The translations under genes and the position numbers were made by a program. Positions 54,793-59,345 of a DNA stretch of 59,345 nucleotides are shown one piece after another. The stretch comes from Candidatus Eiseniibacteriota bacterium. GTDB lineage: Bacteria; Eisenbacteria; RBG-16-71-46. The notes beneath the pieces were generated by a model. It was not told the origin of the DNA, searched no databases, and saw only the letters and a list, made by a program, of their open reading frames with translations. Position 1 is the stretch's first letter, and each line of letters begins with the position of its first letter. Location: contig JBBRLX010000028.1 of the NCBI GenBank assembly GCA_038231135.1, positions 1 to 59,345 of the forward strand, read 5' to 3'.

Positions 54793-57240
54793 ATGTACCG
54801 CACATACGGCTTCCGTCCATTCCTTGTGGTGCTCCTTGGCCTGAGCGCGATCACCGTGGTGGCCCCGCACGATACCGTCGCCGCTCCGCAGTTCCAGGCG
54901 GCGTTCTACAGGTATCCCGGTTCCGATGTGCATTCGGTCAAGACCGACCTTAATGCCGATGGCAAACTCGACGTGATCGCCGGTGCGGGTGCAACGTTCA
55001 ACGTCTACCTCAACAACGGCGACGGCACGTTCTTGGATCCACAACCCATCAGCCTCCCAGCCGATGCAACAGGGCTGGGCATGGCGATCGCCGACTTCAA
55101 TGGCGACGGCCACCCCGATCTCGTGGTCACGTGTAGCGCCGCGACAGGAGGTTTCTATTTCGTGCGCGGCGCTGGCGGCAGCAGTTTCCTTCCCGCGGTG
55201 CGCTACAGCGTGGCGGCATCGTATCCAGTCGTCGCGGCCGCAGGCGACGTCAATGGCGATGGCAAGGCCGATGTCGTAGTCGCGGACTCGGGCGTACTCA
55301 CCGTCCGGTTTGGAAATGGCGACGGCACCTTCGGCGCCGAATCGGCCGCCAGCACGCTCACGAACGTAACGGCTCTTGCGCTCGCCGATCTCAACGGGGA
55401 CGGCAAGATGGACATCGTCGTGACGGGGGATGAAGGCGTAAGAGTGATTTTTGACTATGCCTACCCTGTCAACACGACCCTCAACTTGTCGGCTCCATCA
55501 AAACCGATTGACTTGCGGGTCGCCGATATCGATGAGGACGGCCACCTGGACATCGCAACCTCCGATGATATCGACGTCCGGTTCTACAAAGGCCACGGGA
55601 CCAGCGTGTTCGACCCCTGGGTTACCATTCCGGCGGGGCCGAAGCCCGAACATCTCGACGTCGCAGATTTCGATGGTGACGGTCATCTCGACATCGTCGC
55701 GTCCCAACAGACCGCGGGCTCTCTGTCCACTGTACGAGGTCACGGCAACGGCACGTTCGATGCTCCCGTCCTGTACGGCACCGTGCAAGTTCCGGCCGGC
55801 GTAATGGCCGGAGATTTCAACCAGGATGGACATCAGGACTTCATTGCGATCAGCTTCGCGGCGGGTCTCGAGATGCACTTCGGCAACGGTAACGGCACGT
55901 TCGGGGCGTGGGCGTCCTATCTCGCCGGCACCCAGCCCACCAGCGTGGTTTTGGGCGACGTGAACCGGGACGGGCGCCGCGACATGTTCACGGTCGGCCA
56001 CGGGGACAATTCGTTGTCCGTGTTCGTGGGCAATGGCAACGGGTCGTTCCAGCCCAGGGTCATCCGCGCGACCGACACCGGGCCGAAGACGGTCGCGGTC
56101 GCCGACCTCGACGAGGACGGTTTTACGGATGTGCTGGTCTCGAACGCCAATTCCATCTCCCGCTGGCCGGGCGGGGCCGGCGGCGCCCTCGGCACACGCG
56201 TCGACATTCCGCTCGCGGGCACCCGGACCCTGGCGGTCGGCGATTTCAACGGCGACTCGCACCGTGACGTCGTGGTGGGCCGTGGAGGCGCCAGCAATTT
56301 CGTCACCGTCCTGCTGGGCGACGGACACGGCGGTCTCACCGCGGCCGGCGACTACCCGACGACGGTCGTCACTTCGATCGCGATCGGAGATCTCAACGGA
56401 GATGGACACCCGGACCTCGCAACCTGCAGTGGCGATCCCTCGGGTGAGCATAGCCAGTATGTCGTGAGCATCCTGCTCGGAAATGGCGATGGCTCGTTCA
56501 AGCCCCACGTCGATTATCCGTGTGGGACGGACCCCATGGCCGTCGCGATCGGCGACCTCGACGGCGACAGCCACGCCGACGTGGTCACCGCGAATTACCA
56601 CTCCGGAAGTCTCGGACTGCTGTACGGCAACGGTAACGGGACGCTGCAGAGCGTGGTGTCCTTGAATGCAGACAATGTCCAGGGTGTCGCGATCGCGGAT
56701 CTCGACGGCGATGGCAAACCGGAACTGATCGGCTCCCAGACCGTCCTGTACTCGGTCGCCGTGTTCAAGAACCTGGGCGGCCGCGCGTTCGAGCCGCTAC
56801 GGGGTTTCGCGGCGGGCGCCTACCCCTCGGCAATCGCGGTCGGAGACGTTTCGGGCGACGGCAGGCCGGACCTGGTCGTGACCGGAGAGGAGTCCAACAC
56901 GCTGTTCGTGCTACGCAACCTGGGAGCGTGGACCGTGACGGGTGTCGGACCCCAGGCCCCGGTCTCGGCGTTGCGTCTCTCGATCGCTCCCAATCCCGCC
57001 TCGCGATTCGCGGAGTTCGCGTTCGACGTGCGGACCCCGGCCCGTGCGCGGCTCGAAATCTTCGATGCCGCTGGCCGGCGTGTGGCACGCGTGTTCGACG
57101 CCGCGTCTTCGGGAACGGGCATGGTCCGTTGGAACGGTCGGACGGCGGCGGGACAGCCGTTGCGCTCGGGAATGTATCTGGCGCGGCTGGCCGTGGGATC
57201 CGAAACCATCGTCCGACCGTTCGTCTGGCTTGGGCGATAG
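54793..57240 (+). CDS. Secreted FG-GAP/VCBS repeat protein with FlgD-Ig C-terminus
   Basis: About 14 D.NGDG..D repeats with G.GDGTF spacers; signal peptide; PNP...WNG...SGMYLARL. Confidence 0.9.
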   Translation: MYRTYGFRPFLVVLLGLSAITVVAPHDTVAAPQFQAAFYRYPGSDVHSVKTDLNADGKLDVIAGAGATFNVYLNNGDGTFLDPQPISLPADATGLGMAIADFNGDGHPDLVVTCSAATGGFYFVRGAGGSSFLPAVRYSVAASYPVVAAAGDVNGDGKADVVVADSGVLTVRFGNGDGTFGAESAASTLTNVTALALADLNGDGKMDIVVTGDEGVRVIFDYAYPVNTTLNLSAPSKPIDLRVADIDEDGHLDIATSDDIDVRFYKGHGTSVFDPWVTIPAGPKPEHLDVADFDGDGHLDIVASQQTAGSLSTVRGHGNGTFDAPVLYGTVQVPAGVMAGDFNQDGHQDFIAISFAAGLEMHFGNGNGTFGAWASYLAGTQPTSVVLGDVNRDGRRDMFTVGHGDNSLSVFVGNGNGSFQPRVIRATDTGPKTVAVADLDEDGFTDVLVSNANSISRWPGGAGGALGTRVDIPLAGTRTLAVGDFNGDSHRDVVVGRGGASNFVTVLLGDGHGGLTAAGDYPTTVVTSIAIGDLNGDGHPDLATCSGDPSGEHSQYVVSILLGNGDGSFKPHVDYPCGTDPMAVAIGDLDGDSHADVVTANYHSGSLGLLYGNGNGTLQSVVSLNADNVQGVAIADLDGDGKPELIGSQTVLYSVAVFKNLGGRAFEPLRGFAAGAYPSAIAVGDVSGDGRPDLVVTGEESNTLFVLRNLGAWTVTGVGPQAPVSALRLSIAPNPASRFAEFAFDVRTPARARLEIFDAAGRRVARVFDAASSGTGMVRWNGRTAAGQPLRSGMYLARLAVGSETIVRPFVWLGR

Positions 57241-57313
57241 ATACGCCGCAGCGCCCCGGGCGGCACCGTGCCCTGGACGCTGCACACGGTGCCGCTGGCG
57301 CCGCCTGCGGTAG

Positions 57314-59116
57314 CTACGCCACCTCCGCCTCCCGGAACTGCTCCTCGTACAGCTTTGCGTAGAGCCCGCCGCGCGCCAGCAGCTCGGCATGGGTGCCGCG
57401 CTCGACGATGCGGCCGGCTTCCATCACCAGGATGAGGTTGGCGCGGAGGATCGTGCTCAGCCGGTGCGCGATCACGAGGCTGCTGCGGCCCGCGAGCAGC
57501 ACTTCGAGCGCGTCGCGGATCAGCGCCTCCGAGCGTGAATCGAGCGACGACGTGGCCTCGTCGAGGATCAGGAGTTGAGGATCGCGGAGAATGACGCGCG
57601 CGAGCGCGAGCCGCTGCTTCTCCCCTCCCGACAGCTTGTACCCGCGCTCGCCGACGATGGTGTCGAGGCCCTGTGGCAGGGCCGCCACCACGTCCTGGAT
57701 CTGCGCGAGCCGGCACGCGCCCTCGATGTCGGCGGCGGTGGCGCCGGGCCGGGCATAGCGCAGGTTCTCGCCGACCGTGGCGTGAAACAGCGTGGTCTCC
57801 TGCGTGACTTTCGCGGCCCATTTCGACAGGTCCGCGAACGACAACTCGCGAACGTCGACGCCGTCGAACGTGATGCGGCCGCGCGCGGGATCGTAGAGCC
57901 GGGTCGCCAGGTACGTGACCGTGGTCTTGCCGGCGCCGCTCGGACCCACGAGCGCCACCATGTGCCCCGGCAGCACCTCGAACGACAGGTCCTCCACCGT
58001 CCACGGCCCGTCGTCGCCTCCGGCATAGCCCATCCACACGCCGTCGAACTTGAGGTGACCGTGCGGCTCCGCGATGCGCGTGGGCACCGCGGGCTCCGCG
58101 ATCTCGATCGGCAGATCGAGATATTCGAACACGCGGCGGAACAGCGCGGCCGCGCTCATCAGGTCGACGTGCACGTTCACCAGCGACGAGGCCGGCACGT
58201 ACAGCCTCCCGAGGTAGCCCACGAACGCGACGATCGTGCCGATCGTCAGCCGCCCGGAGATCGCCTCGTGACCGCCGACGAGGTAGATCAGCGCCGGGCC
58301 GACGCTCGCGAACAGCAGCAGGAACATCAGGAACCAGCGGCCCAGCATGCTCTGGCGGATCTGCAGATCGCGCACGGCCGCGGCCTTGTCGCGAAACCGG
58401 CGGCGCTCGTAGTCCTGCGCCCCGAACAGCCGCGCGAGCAGATAGCCGCTCACCGACAGCGTCTCCTGCGTGTAGGACGTGAGCTCGGCGAGGCATTCCT
58501 GCGTGGCCTTCGACAGCCGCTGGCGCAGTTGACCCACGCGGCGCGTCGGCAGGATGAACAGCGGCAGCACCCCCGAGGCGATCAGCGCCAGCTGCCAGTC
58601 GAGCCGGAAGATCACCGCCAGCGTGGTGGCCACGATCACGAAGTTGGTGACCAGGTTCACCATGGTTCCCGTCACGACCCCCTGCACGCCGCCCACGTCG
58701 TTCTGCAGCCGCGACAGGATCTCGCCCGACTTGGTGTTCGTGAAGAACTTGAGCGACTGCGCCAGCAGCCGGTCGTACATGTCGCTGCGGATCTGGAACA
58801 TCACGCCCTGGCCCATGACCGTGACCAGGTAGTTCTGCCACACCCCGATCAGGCCGGACAGCAGCGGGGCCGCGATCATCAGGAACACCAGCCGGTTGAG
58901 CAGGCGCGCGTCGTGCGCGGGGATGGCGCGGTCGATCACCTCGCGCACCATGAGCGGCGGTACGATGCCCAGCAACGCGGTCACCAGGATGCACACGAGG
59001 ATCAGCAGCGACGGCCGCCACGCCGGCAGCAGGTAGCGGCCGATGCGCAGCGCGTCCCGGCGGCTCACCTTCGTGCCCTTGGGGGCCTCGGCGTAATTGA
59101 AATGGAACGTGGTCAC
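57314..59116 (-). CDS. ABC exporter, fused permease + ATP-binding domain (MsbA/MdlB-like)
   Basis: Six TM helices; GPSGAGKTT, LSGGEKQR, ILDEATS, IAHRLST motifs. Confidence 0.9.
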   Translation of the reverse strand: MTTFHFNYAEAPKGTKVSRRDALRIGRYLLPAWRPSLLILVCILVTALLGIVPPLMVREVIDRAIPAHDARLLNRLVFLMIAAPLLSGLIGVWQNYLVTVMGQGVMFQIRSDMYDRLLAQSLKFFTNTKSGEILSRLQNDVGGVQGVVTGTMVNLVTNFVIVATTLAVIFRLDWQLALIASGVLPLFILPTRRVGQLRQRLSKATQECLAELTSYTQETLSVSGYLLARLFGAQDYERRRFRDKAAAVRDLQIRQSMLGRWFLMFLLLFASVGPALIYLVGGHEAISGRLTIGTIVAFVGYLGRLYVPASSLVNVHVDLMSAAALFRRVFEYLDLPIEIAEPAVPTRIAEPHGHLKFDGVWMGYAGGDDGPWTVEDLSFEVLPGHMVALVGPSGAGKTTVTYLATRLYDPARGRITFDGVDVRELSFADLSKWAAKVTQETTLFHATVGENLRYARPGATAADIEGACRLAQIQDVVAALPQGLDTIVGERGYKLSGGEKQRLALARVILRDPQLLILDEATSSLDSRSEALIRDALEVLLAGRSSLVIAHRLSTILRANLILVMEAGRIVERGTHAELLARGGLYAKLYEEQFREAEVA

Positions 59117-59291
59117 GTCTAAGGCCTCGGGCGACGCCCACGGCGCGTGGGCTCGGAGGGGTGCGCGGCGATTCTACCGAATCGCGCCGGAGCGGCGCGA
59201 CCCCACGCATCAAGCCGTCTAAAATGTAACCCGAGGATGGATCGTCGAGTCATTTGACTGGTAACCCTCCCGCACGGGAGGGACACAGGAG

Positions 59292-59345
59292 ATGACCAGC
59301 ATGGGACGACGTGAATACCTCAGGACGATACACAGCCGCTACCGC
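59292..59345 (+). CDS. 5' fragment of a probable IS integrase-type transposase
   Basis: AGGAG RBS; MTSMGRREYLRTIHSRYR resembles the R.EYL..I..RY...K..ILDE N-terminus of an IS transposase family. Only 18 codons are visible. Confidence 0.4.
   Translation, partial: MTSMGRREYLRTIHSRYR

Noticed and set aside
5459..59213. Many long antisense or alternate-frame ORFs (e.g. 5459-7795, 16971-19259, 28970-31303, 31941-34907, 56820-59213)
   Set aside because: They are Arg/Ala/Gly-rich shadows of real genes, expected in GC-rich DNA, with no recognisable motifs.
1..59345. tRNA, rRNA or known riboswitch genes
   Set aside because: None was recognised by eye in the intergenic regions; an Infernal/Rfam scan would be needed to exclude them.

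Overview
A very GC-rich bacterial chromosomal window with about 40 genes, cut at both ends inside what look like transposase genes (IS630-like on the left, an unclassified integrase-type IS on the right). Eight secreted proteins end in the same FlgD-Ig / T9SS-sorting-like C-terminal domain. Together with the high GC content this suggests an FCB-group organism such as Candidatus Eisenbacteria (inference). The most notable signal is non-coding. At 14510-14680 a 29-aa leader peptide with five consecutive Cys codons is followed by mutually exclusive 1:2, 2:3 and 3:4 RNA pairings and a perfect intrinsic terminator. This is a complete candidate classical, ribosome-mediated cysteine attenuator in front of an ATP-grasp + SsuD-like monooxygenase operon. 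Other highlights are a 17-bp direct-repeat motif shared by the upstream regions of two paralogous S8 proteases next to a MalT/SARP-BTAD regulator, a heme-c HzsA-like operon, a structured 5' leader on an ankyrin gene, a LeuD-LeuC-order aconitase-family fusion, and a MITE/REP-like element. All family calls come from reading motifs by eye; no searches or folding programs were run, and many start codons were re-chosen using RBS and overlap evidence.
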